64,000 nucleotides of DNA from Azospirillum agricola (lineage in GTDB: Bacteria > Pseudomonadota > Alphaproteobacteria > Azospirillales > Azospirillaceae), in the NCBI RefSeq assembly GCF_017876095.1, contig NZ_JAGINM010000003.1:63491-127490 (forward strand), read 5' to 3'. Shown here in pieces: positions 32,741 through 41,880 of the stretch. The position numbers and the translations under genes were made by a program. Below the pieces are notes generated by a model. That model saw only the letters and a program-made list of their open reading frames with translations. It was not told where the DNA came from and did no database searches. Position 1 is the first letter of the stretch, and every line of letters starts with the position of its first letter.

Positions 32741-34074
32741 CCGGCGGCCTGCGGACAGGCCTCCTTTCCGTCCTGCTGGCGGCGCTGGCGGCCGGCGGGG
32801 CGGCGGCAGGAACCTTCGTCGAAGGGCCGCCGCCGGAAGCGGGCCAGCCTCCGGCGGTGGCCGTCCGCGACCCCGACGCGCAGCGCGGGGAGGCGACCGG
32901 CCGCACCGAAGCCACCCAGCCCCTGGACGTTCCGGACGGCGCCGCGTCCCTGGGCCTGCTGGGCGGGGCGCTCGCCGTGGCCCCGAAGCTGTCGCTGCAC
33001 TCGGTCTACACCACCAACGCCCTCAAGGATTCCAGCCGCATCGACGGCGTCCGGCTGGTGACCGCGCCGGCCCTCACCCTGCGCACCGGCAAGGATCTGT
33101 TCGGGGGCGCCGCCGGAGGGGAGGCGACCGGCTCGGCCCGTCTGACCCGCTATCTGGCCGGCGGCGTGCAGAGCCTGGGGGAGTATCTGGCCGGCGGCTC
33201 CGTCTTCGTCCGGCCCGCCGACGGCCTCACGGTCACCGGCGGGATCACCGTCACCCGCCAGCAGCTCAGCCAGGGCAGCCTCAACGCCGTTTCCGGCGCT
33301 TCCAGCACCGTGCGGGAGGGAACCAAGTACAGCCTCGGCGTCAGCCACGCGCCCGGTCCGCTGGAAACCAGCCTGCGGCTGTCCCGCGACGAGCGCCGCT
33401 ACGCCGCCGTCAGCCGCGGCGGGCAGACGATCGACCTGACCGGCCGCGACAACGACGAGACCATCGCCGTCGCCAAGCTGGCCTACAAGGGGGCGACGTC
33501 GTTCCAGCCGCACCTGCTGGCCTCGGTCAACCGCAACGTCTATGTCCGGGACACCAGCCGCCAGTTCTACGACCGGGATTCCCGGGGCTGGCAGATCGCC
33601 GCCGGCCTCCAGGCCAAGCCGCTCGCGGGGGTGAGCGTCTCCGGCCAGTTGGGGCTGCTGCGCCAGGATTACGACGATCCGCGCTTTTCCCCCGTGGTCG
33701 GGCCGGTGGGCAACGCCACCCTTCGCTGGGACATCGCCGCCGACTGGGCGGCGACCCTGGAGTGGAGCCGCATGGCGGCCGAATACGTCTACCCCGGCAC
33801 GCCGGGAATCTTCGTGTCCGGCTATGGCGGGCGGCTGTCCCACCAATGGTCGTCCGCCCTGCTGCTGGAGGCCCGGCTGGACTCCACCGTGCAGCGGGCC
33901 ATCCAGCTTCCCGTCACCTACCGCGAACTCACCGCCACCGTCGGCGGTGCCTGGACGCTCGCCCCTTGGGCCGTCCTGGAATTCGGCTACATGTACGACA
34001 TCCAGTACACCTCCACCGGAGAGGACGAGTACACCGCCCACAGCCTCGGCGCCGGCCTCACCGTCTCGTTCTGA
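32737..34074 (+). CDS. Putative outer-membrane beta-barrel protein
   Basis: 445 aa. Signal peptide (LLSVLLAALAAGGAAAG). Alternating amphipathic beta-strand pattern rich in G/T/S/Y/R. C-terminal ...LGAGLTVSF ends with an aromatic residue. The real start lies inside the long artefactual ORF 31525..34074. Confidence 0.6.
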   Translation: MTGGLRTGLLSVLLAALAAGGAAAGTFVEGPPPEAGQPPAVAVRDPDAQRGEATGRTEATQPLDVPDGAASLGLLGGALAVAPKLSLHSVYTTNALKDSSRIDGVRLVTAPALTLRTGKDLFGGAAGGEATGSARLTRYLAGGVQSLGEYLAGGSVFVRPADGLTVTGGITVTRQQLSQGSLNAVSGASSTVREGTKYSLGVSHAPGPLETSLRLSRDERRYAAVSRGGQTIDLTGRDNDETIAVAKLAYKGATSFQPHLLASVNRNVYVRDTSRQFYDRDSRGWQIAAGLQAKPLAGVSVSGQLGLLRQDYDDPRFSPVVGPVGNATLRWDIAADWAATLEWSRMAAEYVYPGTPGIFVSGYGGRLSHQWSSALLLEARLDSTVQRAIQLPVTYRELTATVGGAWTLAPWAVLEFGYMYDIQYTSTGEDEYTAHSLGAGLTVSF

Positions 34075-34122
34075 GGCGGTGGGCGGCATCCTTCCCTTCA
34101 TCCCTGACCGGGTTTTCCGCCA

Positions 34123-37100
34123 ATGATCACGCGCGATGACATCAAGGATATCTACCCCCTGACCCCGTTCCAGGAGGGAATCCTCTATCATGACCTGATC
34201 GACCAGGATGCCGTGGCCGGCGAGCCGAGGGCCTATTTCCAGCAGCTGATCTTCCGCATCCGGGGCCCGCTCGACCTGACGGCCTTCGAGGAGGCGTGGC
34301 GGCATGTGATCGGCCGTCACGACATCCTGCGCACGGTGTTCCGCACCGGCGGCCGCGACCGGCCGTTGCAGATCGTGCTGAAGCGCGTCGACTTCGCGCT
34401 GGAGCGCCAGGACAGGGCCGGCCTGACCCCGGCCGAACGGGACGCCGCCCTGGCCGGCTACGCCGCCGGGCAGCGGCGCCGGCCCTTCGCGCTCGACCGC
34501 GCCCCGCTGACGCGGGTGGGCTGCCTGAGCTTCGGTCCCGGCCCCGACGGGCGGGCCGATCATGGGGTGGTGTGGGACTTCCATCACATCCTGGTGGACG
34601 GCTGGTGCCTGGGCCTGCTCCAGGACGAGCTGGCCGACGCCTATCAGGCCTTCGCCGCCGGCCGCCGGCCGTCGCCGCGTCCGGCGCTGCAATACGCCAG
34701 CTTCGTCCAGTGGGTGGAGGCCCGCCGGGGCGACGGGCGGCTGGCCTTCTGGTCGGACTATCTGGCCGGCTACGAGACGGCGCTCGACCTGCCGGGCCAG
34801 CGGCCGGTGCCGCTCCCCGGCCCGCGCGACCCGCGCATCCACCGGCTGCGCCTGGAACCCGGCCTGCTGGCGCGGCTGGGCGAGCTGGGGCGCGAGCAGG
34901 GGGTGACCGCCAGCACCCTGGTGCAGACCCTGTGGGGGCTGGTGCTGGCCAAGCACAACAACACCCGCGACGTGGTGTTCGGCAGCGTCGCCTCCACCCG
35001 GCCGCCGGAACTGGCGGGCAGCGAGGCGATGGTCGGCCCCTGCATCGGCATGCTGCCGCTGCGCGTCGGCTTCGAGGCGGGCGAGAGCTTCCGTGGCCTG
35101 CTCCGCCGCACGCGCGACCGGATGCTGGACTGGCTGGACAACGTCCATTGTCCGCTGGCCGAGATCCAGGCGCGCAGCGGGCTGCGCAACGGCCTGTTCA
35201 GCCATTACTTCGTCTTCGAGAACTACCCGCTGGAGGAGCGCTTCAAGGGCGAGGCCCAGGAGCTGGCCCCCGGCGTGACCGTCGGCGACGTGTCGGTGTT
35301 CATGGCCAGCCACTATGATTTCCTGATCCGCGCCCTGCCACCGGACGCGGATGGGATGCTGGTGGAGTTCGAATACAACGCCCGCGTCGTCGATCCGGCC
35401 GCCGTCGAGGCGATGGCCGGCCGGCTGGGGCTGCTGGCCGAGCGCGCCGCCGGACGGCCGGACGAGCCCATCGACGCGCTGTCGCTGCTCGACGACGCCG
35501 AGCGCGCGCTCATCCTCGACCGCTGGAGCCGAGGCGCCGATCCCGTCCGCTTGGCCGCGACGGTGCCGGAGCGGCGCGCCGCGGTGGTGGCGGCCGGCGG
35601 CGACCGGCCGGCGGTGCGCGGCCGGCGGGGCGTCCTGTCGCATCGCCAACTCCAGGAGCGGGCCGAGGCGCTGGCCCGCCACCTGCACCACCAGCACGGC
35701 GTCGGCGTCGGCAGCGCCGTCGCGATCCACGCCGAGCCGGGCGAGCCGATGCTGCGGGGCATGCTGGCCTGCCTGCTGCTGGGCGCCGCCTTCGTCCCGC
35801 TGGATCCGGCCCTGCCGGCGCCCCGCGTCCGCCACATGCTGGCCGACAGCTACGCCGCGGTGATCCTGGCGGCGTCCCCGGCGGCGGTGGAGGCGGTCGC
35901 CGGGGCGCTGCCGGTGGTGGTTGTTTCCGAGGGGGATGTCGACGGGAACAAGGCCGGCACCCTGTCCGGCGCGCCGCTGCCGGCGGTGCCGGCGGACGCC
36001 CCGGCCTACATCATCTACACCTCGGGCACGACCGGGCTGCCGAAGGGGGTGCGGGTCGGGCAGGCGTCGCTGCTCAACTACGCCGGCTGGCTGAGCCGCG
36101 ACCTCGGCATCGGTCCGGGAAGCGCCACCGCCCTGGTGACCTCGGCGGCCTTCGATCTCGGCTACACCGGCCTGTTCGGGACGCTGCTGCTGGGCGGTTG
36201 CCTGACTCTGCTGGACGAGGACGAGCGGCGCGATCCGGACCGGGTGATGGATGCGGTGGTCGGAGACCGGCTGAGCTTCCTCAAGGCGACGCCGTCCTAC
36301 CTGAACATGCTGCTGGCCTCGCCGGCCGGCCGGCGCTTCGTCGAGGCCGAGGCGCTGGAACTGGTGCTGCTGGGGGGCGAGCCGCAGAATTTCGACGATC
36401 TGGGGCGGCTCCGGGCCTTGCGGCCGGGCTTGCGGATCCTCAACCATTACGGCCCGACCGAGGCCACCATCGGCTGCGTCGCCGGCCCGCTCGACGATCT
36501 GGCGGGGGTCTCCGGCGCTCCCCAGCGCATCGGCCGCCCGGTGGCCGGCGCCCGAATCCTGCTGTGCGACCACACTCTGGCCCCGGTGCCGCCGGGAGTG
36601 CCCGGCGAACTGGTGGTCGGCGGCCTGCCGCTGGCCCAGGGCTACATGAATCCGACCCCCGCCGACGCCGCCCGCTTCACCACGCTGCCCGCGCTCGGCG
36701 GCGCCCCGGTCTACCGCACCGGCGACTTCGCCCTGTGGCAGGCCGACGGCACCATCGTCTTCCTCGGCCGCCGCGACGACCAGATCAAGGTGCGCGGCCA
36801 TCGCGTCTCGCTGAGCGGGGTCGAGGCGGCCCTGCGCGAGACGCCGGGCGTGAAGGACGCGGTGGTGCTGGCCGAACGCGCCGCCTCCCCCGACCAGGGA
36901 ACGGAACTGACCGCCTACCTGATCCTCCAGGACGGCGCGGGTGCGGCCAGGCCGACGGCAGCGGGCCTGCGCGCCGATCTGGCCGGACGCCTGCCCGAAC
37001 CGATGATCCCCGGCCGTTTCGTCACGGTCAGCCGCTTCCCGATGACCGCCAACGGCAAGATCGACCGCGCGGCCCTGGCCGGGCAGCGGCGGACGGACCG

Positions 37101-38148
37101 GCCGGCGGCCCCGGCCGACGCCGAGGCCGGGACCGCCTCCGCCACCGCCACCGCCACCGAGGAGACCTTGCGGGGCATCTGGCAGGAGATCCTGTTCGTC
37201 GAGCGGGTCGGGCTGGACGAGGATTTCTTCGCCCTGGGCGGCCACAGCATCAAGGCGATCCTGATGATCGCCAAGGTCCGCACCGCCCTGAAGAAGAGCT
37301 TCACCATCCGCGACCTGTTCGAGAACCCGACCATCCGCCGGCTGGCCGCGCGCCTGGACGCCATCGGCGGCGGGGCGGTCTCCCCGGCGGTCTCGCAGGC
37401 GGCGGCCCGGCCGTCGCCGCTGCTGGCGCTCCGCCCGGCCCCGGCGGGCGCTCCGGCGGCGCTGTTCCTGCCGCAGGCGCTTGGCACCGCCACCCTGTAC
37501 AAGGAACTGGCGGCGGCGCTGTCGGCGGAGGTGGCCTGCTGGGGAGTGCAGTGCCCCGGCTTCGACGGCGACGAGCCCTTCGCCCCGTCCCTCGATGCCC
37601 TGGCCCGCGGCTTCGCCGCCCAGGCCGCGACGCTGGCGGGGCCGGGGACGGAGCCGCTGCGGCTGGTCGGCTGGTCCTTCGGCGCCCATCTGGCGGTGGA
37701 GACGGCCCGTCACCTGGAAAAGGCGGGACGGGCGGTGCGGCTGGTGCTGATCGACGCCGGGCCGCGCCCGGATGATGCGGGGGAGCCGCCCTTCACCGGC
37801 TTCGCCGAGCTGCGCACCCGGCCCTACTGGGGGCGCGTGCTGTCGATCCTGATGGACGGCCTGCCGGCGCAGGATGTGGCGAGGCTGGAGCGGTTGGTGC
37901 GTCACAACATCGCCCTGCTGGCGAAGCATGATCCCGCCGCCGACCCGATCGCCGCCGACATCCTGGCCATCGAGGCGATGGACAACCCCCGGCCGGCCGG
38001 GATGCATGGCTTCGCCGACCTGACCCGTGGGCGGGTGACGGTGCACCGGCTGCCGGGGGACCATTACTCCCTGTTCCACCCGCCGCATGTCGCCCGCGTC
38101 CTGGAGGTGCTGGACACCGCCCTGTCGGCCCGGCGCGTTCCGGCCTGA
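34123..38148 (+). CDS. Terminating NRPS module: C(DCL-type)-A-T-TE
   Basis: 1341 aa. N-terminus DIKDIYPLTPFQEGILYH (hallmark of DCL condensation domains that accept a D-configured donor) and HHILVDGWCLG. A (YIIYTSGTTGLPKG, NHYGPTEAT, YRTGDF, KVRGHRVSLSGVE, NGKIDR). T (FFALGGHSIKA). TE (GWSFGAHLA = GxSxG; HYSLF... region). Confidence 0.92.
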   Translation: MITRDDIKDIYPLTPFQEGILYHDLIDQDAVAGEPRAYFQQLIFRIRGPLDLTAFEEAWRHVIGRHDILRTVFRTGGRDRPLQIVLKRVDFALERQDRAGLTPAERDAALAGYAAGQRRRPFALDRAPLTRVGCLSFGPGPDGRADHGVVWDFHHILVDGWCLGLLQDELADAYQAFAAGRRPSPRPALQYASFVQWVEARRGDGRLAFWSDYLAGYETALDLPGQRPVPLPGPRDPRIHRLRLEPGLLARLGELGREQGVTASTLVQTLWGLVLAKHNNTRDVVFGSVASTRPPELAGSEAMVGPCIGMLPLRVGFEAGESFRGLLRRTRDRMLDWLDNVHCPLAEIQARSGLRNGLFSHYFVFENYPLEERFKGEAQELAPGVTVGDVSVFMASHYDFLIRALPPDADGMLVEFEYNARVVDPAAVEAMAGRLGLLAERAAGRPDEPIDALSLLDDAERALILDRWSRGADPVRLAATVPERRAAVVAAGGDRPAVRGRRGVLSHRQLQERAEALARHLHHQHGVGVGSAVAIHAEPGEPMLRGMLACLLLGAAFVPLDPALPAPRVRHMLADSYAAVILAASPAAVEAVAGALPVVVVSEGDVDGNKAGTLSGAPLPAVPADAPAYIIYTSGTTGLPKGVRVGQASLLNYAGWLSRDLGIGPGSATALVTSAAFDLGYTGLFGTLLLGGCLTLLDEDERRDPDRVMDAVVGDRLSFLKATPSYLNMLLASPAGRRFVEAEALELVLLGGEPQNFDDLGRLRALRPGLRILNHYGPTEATIGCVAGPLDDLAGVSGAPQRIGRPVAGARILLCDHTLAPVPPGVPGELVVGGLPLAQGYMNPTPADAARFTTLPALGGAPVYRTGDFALWQADGTIVFLGRRDDQIKVRGHRVSLSGVEAALRETPGVKDAVVLAERAASPDQGTELTAYLILQDGAGAARPTAAGLRADLAGRLPEPMIPGRFVTVSRFPMTANGKIDRAALAGQRRTDRPAAPADAEAGTASATATATEETLRGIWQEILFVERVGLDEDFFALGGHSIKAILMIAKVRTALKKSFTIRDLFENPTIRRLAARLDAIGGGAVSPAVSQAAARPSPLLALRPAPAGAPAALFLPQALGTATLYKELAAALSAEVACWGVQCPGFDGDEPFAPSLDALARGFAAQAATLAGPGTEPLRLVGWSFGAHLAVETARHLEKAGRAVRLVLIDAGPRPDDAGEPPFTGFAELRTRPYWGRVLSILMDGLPAQDVARLERLVRHNIALLAKHDPAADPIAADILAIEAMDNPRPAGMHGFADLTRGRVTVHRLPGDHYSLFHPPHVARVLEVLDTALSARRVPA

Positions 38149-38149
38149 G

Positions 38150-38190
38150 CCCGAGGGGGCTCCCCCGGATGTGAGACCGGGGGAGCCGGC
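38150..38190. terminator. GC-rich inverted repeats between convergent NRPS (TE) and hydroxylase genes; putative bidirectional terminator
   Basis: GAGGGGGCTCCCCCGG palindrome (38153-38168) followed by CCGGGGGAGCC; it lies between stop codons at 38146-38148 and 38192-38194. Confidence 0.35.
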
Positions 38191-38191
38191 G

Positions 38192-39160
38192 TCAGACCAG
38201 GGCGCTGTGGGGATCGCTCATCGCCACCACCACGCGCCGCGCCCCGGTGAAGGGGGTGCGCCCGTGGGAATAGCGCATGTTGTCGATCAGCAGCACATCG
38301 CCGGCCAGCCAGGGAAAGGCCAGGGTCTCGGCGGCGAAGGCTTCCCGCACCGCCTCCAGATCCGCCGACGCGATGGGGCCGCCGTCGCCGTGGAAGGCGT
38401 TGCGGGGCAGATCGTCCTCGCCGAACATGGCGATCATGGCCTCCTGCAACTCGGCCGGCAGGCTGGAGATGTGGAACAGGTTGGCCTGGTTGAACCACAG
38501 CTCCTTGCCGCTGCCGGGATGGAGGGCGGTGCCCTGGCAGACATGGGAGGTGCGCAGGCGGTCGCCGCCCAGCCACGCGAAGTCCATGCCGTTGGCCCGG
38601 CAATAGGCCTCCACCTCGCCCGGAACGTCGGTCTGGAACACCGTCTGCCAGGGCAGGTCGACGCCGTGGCCGTAGTTGCGCACGTACAGGACGCCGCGCT
38701 CGCGGAAGCGGGCCATGCGTTCGGTTCCGATGCGGGCCGTCACCCGCTCCATGTCGGCCAGCGGCGTCTCGCCGCCGGTCGCCGCCGGCACCACGCACTG
38801 GAAGGCCAGCAGCATCGGCCAGTCGCGGTGATAGGCCATCTCGCAATGCTGGGGAATGGTGTGGTTGGCCGGGTATTCGGTGGTGGTGTAGACCTTGCCG
38901 TCGACGCGGGTGCGCGGCGTCGACTGGTTGACGTAGGTCAGCAGGTCTTGTGAAAAGAGCGAGAGGAAATCCTCCAGCCCGGCCACCGGCCGCGCCTCGA
39001 AGCCGCGCAGCAGCACCGCCCCGCGCTCGGCCAGCAGCGCCCGGATCGCGTCGCGGCGCCCGTCGGCCCAGGCGATCAGGTTGGTTCCGTCCGCCGGCGG
39101 CGTGACGACGGCGATGGACGATCCCGCAAACAGATCACTGACGGTCAACCCGCTGCTCAT
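38192..39160 (-). CDS. TauD/TfdA-family Fe(II)/2-oxoglutarate dioxygenase, SyrP/AsnO/KtzO-like amino-acid beta-hydroxylase candidate
   Basis: 322 aa with a clavaminate-synthase-like fold signature (...YPANHTIPQHCEMAYHRDWP...DNMRYSHGRTPF). It lies convergent to and immediately downstream of the TE-containing NRPS. Confidence 0.8.
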   Translation of the reverse strand: MSSGLTVSDLFAGSSIAVVTPPADGTNLIAWADGRRDAIRALLAERGAVLLRGFEARPVAGLEDFLSLFSQDLLTYVNQSTPRTRVDGKVYTTTEYPANHTIPQHCEMAYHRDWPMLLAFQCVVPAATGGETPLADMERVTARIGTERMARFRERGVLYVRNYGHGVDLPWQTVFQTDVPGEVEAYCRANGMDFAWLGGDRLRTSHVCQGTALHPGSGKELWFNQANLFHISSLPAELQEAMIAMFGEDDLPRNAFHGDGGPIASADLEAVREAFAAETLAFPWLAGDVLLIDNMRYSHGRTPFTGARRVVVAMSDPHSALV

Positions 39161-39439
39161 GGCCCGCTCCCATTGGTTGTCGATGGGCGAGTGTTTTTCG
39201 GATACTCGGTAATCGTCAAGATTTGTCGCAGTGTATGCGACAATAAATCATTGAATTCTGGGCGGATAAATCTTACGAATACATATGAACTCATGAAAAA
39301 TGCAAGTATTGATGGCCGCTGTGGCGGCGGGTTCCGACCCCGGCCGGCTGCGGCACCCAGCCCGGCGGCCCATCCGCTTGAAGAGCGTTCCGGGCGCGAC
39401 CATGGTTGAAGGGGGAGGCGGCGGAGGAACGGATCGGGC
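39161..39439. promoter_or_regulatory. Divergent intergenic region with an AT-rich core and a perfect inverted repeat TTGTCGCA-N5-TGCGACAA (39223-39243)
   Basis: 8-bp perfect arms seen directly. The region lies between the hydroxylase start (39160) and the plus-strand hypothetical gene start (39440, preceded by GGAGGAA). Confidence 0.45.
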
Positions 39440-40546
39440 ATGGCCGGAACGCGTGGAATTGGACGGGACGAGAGCGCGGCGATCCTCGCGGAGGCCCGCC
39501 GCATCGTCCTGGACGGCGACCGGGGGGCGCTGGCGCCGCCGGCCTCGCTGGCGGGTCTCGCGGAGGTCCTGGCCGACCGCTTCGATGAGACCTACACGGC
39601 CGAGCGCGTCGTCGATCTGCTCGATCCGGCGCATTGGCGTTCGCTGCGGAGGCGTCTCGCCGGCGAGGGCGCCGAGGTCTGGTTGCCGGCGGATGTCGCC
39701 GCCCGGCTGAAGGAGATCGCCGACGAGCCCGCCGACGCGATCCGCATTCTGCTGGAGGGCCGGCCGGGCCCGCCCGAGCCGGGCAGCGAGGAGCATTGCC
39801 GCAGCCGGCTCTGCGCGCCCCGGATTCGTCTTTCGGATCCCGGCCGCTGGGCATGCGCGGCCTGCGGGCTGGAAGGGGATGTCCAGCGGCCGTTCAACCC
39901 GGTGATCCGGGAGCGGCTGGCCGGCGAGCAGGACCGCATCGGCGATCTGCACGCGCTCGCCGCCGGAATCTACGAAACCTGGGGAGCGGGGGAGCGTTTC
40001 ACCCTGGCGGAGTGCGCGGCGCGCCGTCCGCCCGGCGTCCGGGCCGACCGCGACCGGCTCAAGAGCCTGCTCGCCGATCTGGTGCAGGCCGGGCTGGTCG
40101 AGGAGGCGCCCGGCCCGCGCGGCGGTGCCGGCTGCCGGGTTCTCGACGAGCCGCCCGACTGGATCGCCGACGCCCTCGCCGAGCGCCGCGAGCAGCGCGC
40201 GGCGGAGGCCCGCTTGCGGGACGACCGGGCCACGGCGATCCGGCGCGCGCTGGAGGAGGGGCTGACCCACACCACGCCCGCAGGCGAGGTTGTCGAGGTC
40301 GCGCAGAGCGAGCGCGGGCTGGAACTCCGGTTCCCGGCGATCCCGTCCTGGGAACTCCGGGAGGAGATGAAGCGGCAGGGGCACTGCCGCTGGGACGGCC
40401 GCCGGCGCCGCTGGTGCCGGGCGTCGCCGGTCGCCGTCGTCGAGCCCTGGCTGGCGGCGGCGCTCGACGCCGGGGCGACGGTTGCCCCCCTGGGGACGGC
40501 GGACCCCGACGCGGAGGATTGGGCGCAGCCGGATTGGCCCGACTGA
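39440..40546 (+). CDS. Hypothetical protein with a Cys4 zinc-ribbon-like cluster (HCRSRLC...WACAACG)
   Basis: 368 aa, high GC3, good SD (GGAGGAA), acidic/Leu/Ala-rich composition unlike the Arg-rich artefact frames. No family recognised. Confidence 0.45.
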   Translation: MAGTRGIGRDESAAILAEARRIVLDGDRGALAPPASLAGLAEVLADRFDETYTAERVVDLLDPAHWRSLRRRLAGEGAEVWLPADVAARLKEIADEPADAIRILLEGRPGPPEPGSEEHCRSRLCAPRIRLSDPGRWACAACGLEGDVQRPFNPVIRERLAGEQDRIGDLHALAAGIYETWGAGERFTLAECAARRPPGVRADRDRLKSLLADLVQAGLVEEAPGPRGGAGCRVLDEPPDWIADALAERREQRAAEARLRDDRATAIRRALEEGLTHTTPAGEVVEVAQSERGLELRFPAIPSWELREEMKRQGHCRWDGRRRRWCRASPVAVVEPWLAAALDAGATVAPLGTADPDAEDWAQPDWPD

Positions 40547-40561
40547 CGCGCCGGTGGAGGA

Positions 40562-41875
40562 TCAGCGCTCCGGCTTCGCCGCCACCTTGGCATCCGCATC
40601 CGCATCCGCCGGGGCCTGCGGCAGCCGCGCGCGGCTCGCCGCCAGCATGGCACCGTCCAGTTCGCCACGCTTCCCGGCTTCCAGGGCGCAGGCCATGGCC
40701 CGGTAGAACTGGCGGCCGTCGAAGGCCACCAGCAGGTAGTCGACGCCGGCGTTCAGCGCCTCGGCGACCGCCCGGCACAGCCCGTACTGGTAGACCGGCG
40801 TCATCACCAGATCGTCGGTGACGATCGGCCCGTCGAAGCCCCAGTCCCGCCGGATCACCCCGTCGATCACCAGCCGCGAATGGGAGGCCGGCCGGTCGGG
40901 ATCGATGGCGGCGACGATCGCGTGCCCGACCATCAGCAGGGCTTGCGGGTCGTCCGCCAGCAGCTGGCGGAAGGGGCGCCAGTCCGTCTCCTCCAGCTCC
41001 GCGCGGGATTCGCGGATGGCGGTCCGGAAATGGTGGGTGTCCCGACCGGCGCGGCCCAGGCCGGGGAAATGCTTGACCGTCGGCCGGACACCGGCCTCCG
41101 ACAGCCCGGCGGCGTAGGCGGCGGCGATCTCGGCCACCACTTCCGGGTCGTCGGCGATCGCTCGTTGCGTGATCCGGCTGTTGAAGTCCAGCGGATCGCG
41201 CGGACGGTCGTGGCGCAGGTCGAGCACCGGCGCGAAGTTGACGGTCACGCCGACCGACGACAGGTCCCGCCCATGGCCGGCCCCCAGGGCGTGGGCGGCG
41301 GCGCGGCGCTCGTCGGGCGGCAGGCCGGCCAGCGTGGACAGGGCTGGCCGGTGCGGCAGCCAGGGCGACAGCCGCGACACGATCCCGCCCTCCTGGTCGG
41401 CCGTCACCGTCAGGGGCGGCAGTCCGGCGCGCCGCCGGATGTCCTGCAAATGGCGGATCTCCGCGCCCAGCGCCTCGGCGGTGCGGCCGGCCAGATTGCG
41501 GCGGGTGACGAAGAGGCCGCCGATCAGCCCGTGGGCGGCCAGCGCCTCGACCTCATCGACCCGCCGGTAGCCGACGATGAAGTGCCGCCCCAGTTCGAGC
41601 GCCAGAGGCCCGCGCGCCGCCAGCACCGACGCCTTGCGCGTCTGGAACACGGCTTCCGCGCCGAGGGCGGACAGCGGCACCGCCCCCCACAGCAGGGCGA
41701 GCAGGAGGCGGTGGCGGAGCCCACGCTGCGCCCGGCCGCGAAGCTGGACCAGCAGGCCGCACAGCCCGGCCGCCACGATCGCCGGCAGCGACCAGCCGCG
41801 CACCGGCACCATGTAGGGGTCGTGGATGTTGGCCCCGGCGAAGGCCAGGACCAAGCCGCCCAGCCACCATGTCAT
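40562..41875 (-). CDS. Membrane-anchored glycoside hydrolase family 3, beta-N-acetylhexosaminidase (NagZ-like)
   Basis: Start at the internal ATG (MTWWLGGLVLAF...), 5 nt after the creD stop; the ORF upstream of it (to 42664) is Arg-rich and overlaps creD out of frame. Two or three N-terminal TM segments, then GH3 motifs (HFIVGY...LTVTADQEGGIVSRL...KHFPGLGRAGRDTHH). Confidence 0.75.
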   Translation of the reverse strand: MTWWLGGLVLAFAGANIHDPYMVPVRGWSLPAIVAAGLCGLLVQLRGRAQRGLRHRLLLALLWGAVPLSALGAEAVFQTRKASVLAARGPLALELGRHFIVGYRRVDEVEALAAHGLIGGLFVTRRNLAGRTAEALGAEIRHLQDIRRRAGLPPLTVTADQEGGIVSRLSPWLPHRPALSTLAGLPPDERRAAAHALGAGHGRDLSSVGVTVNFAPVLDLRHDRPRDPLDFNSRITQRAIADDPEVVAEIAAAYAAGLSEAGVRPTVKHFPGLGRAGRDTHHFRTAIRESRAELEETDWRPFRQLLADDPQALLMVGHAIVAAIDPDRPASHSRLVIDGVIRRDWGFDGPIVTDDLVMTPVYQYGLCRAVAEALNAGVDYLLVAFDGRQFYRAMACALEAGKRGELDGAMLAASRARLPQAPADADADAKVAAKPER

Positions 41876-41880
41876 GGTCC

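Noticed and set aside
31525-38088. 849-aa plus ORF 31525..34074 as a whole; 1969-aa minus ORF 32179..38088; 457-aa minus ORF 31052..32425
   Set aside because: The first is real only from the internal ATG at 32737 (OMP), and upstream it overlaps the SPFH gene out of frame. The minus ORFs are antisense to the SPFH/OMP/NRPS genes.
39248-40821. ORFs 39248..40384(-), 39634..40821(+), 39970..40668(-), 40059..40778(-)
   Set aside because: Overlap the 39440..40546 hypothetical gene or the GH3 gene in alternate frames; poly-Arg/Pro/Gly translations.
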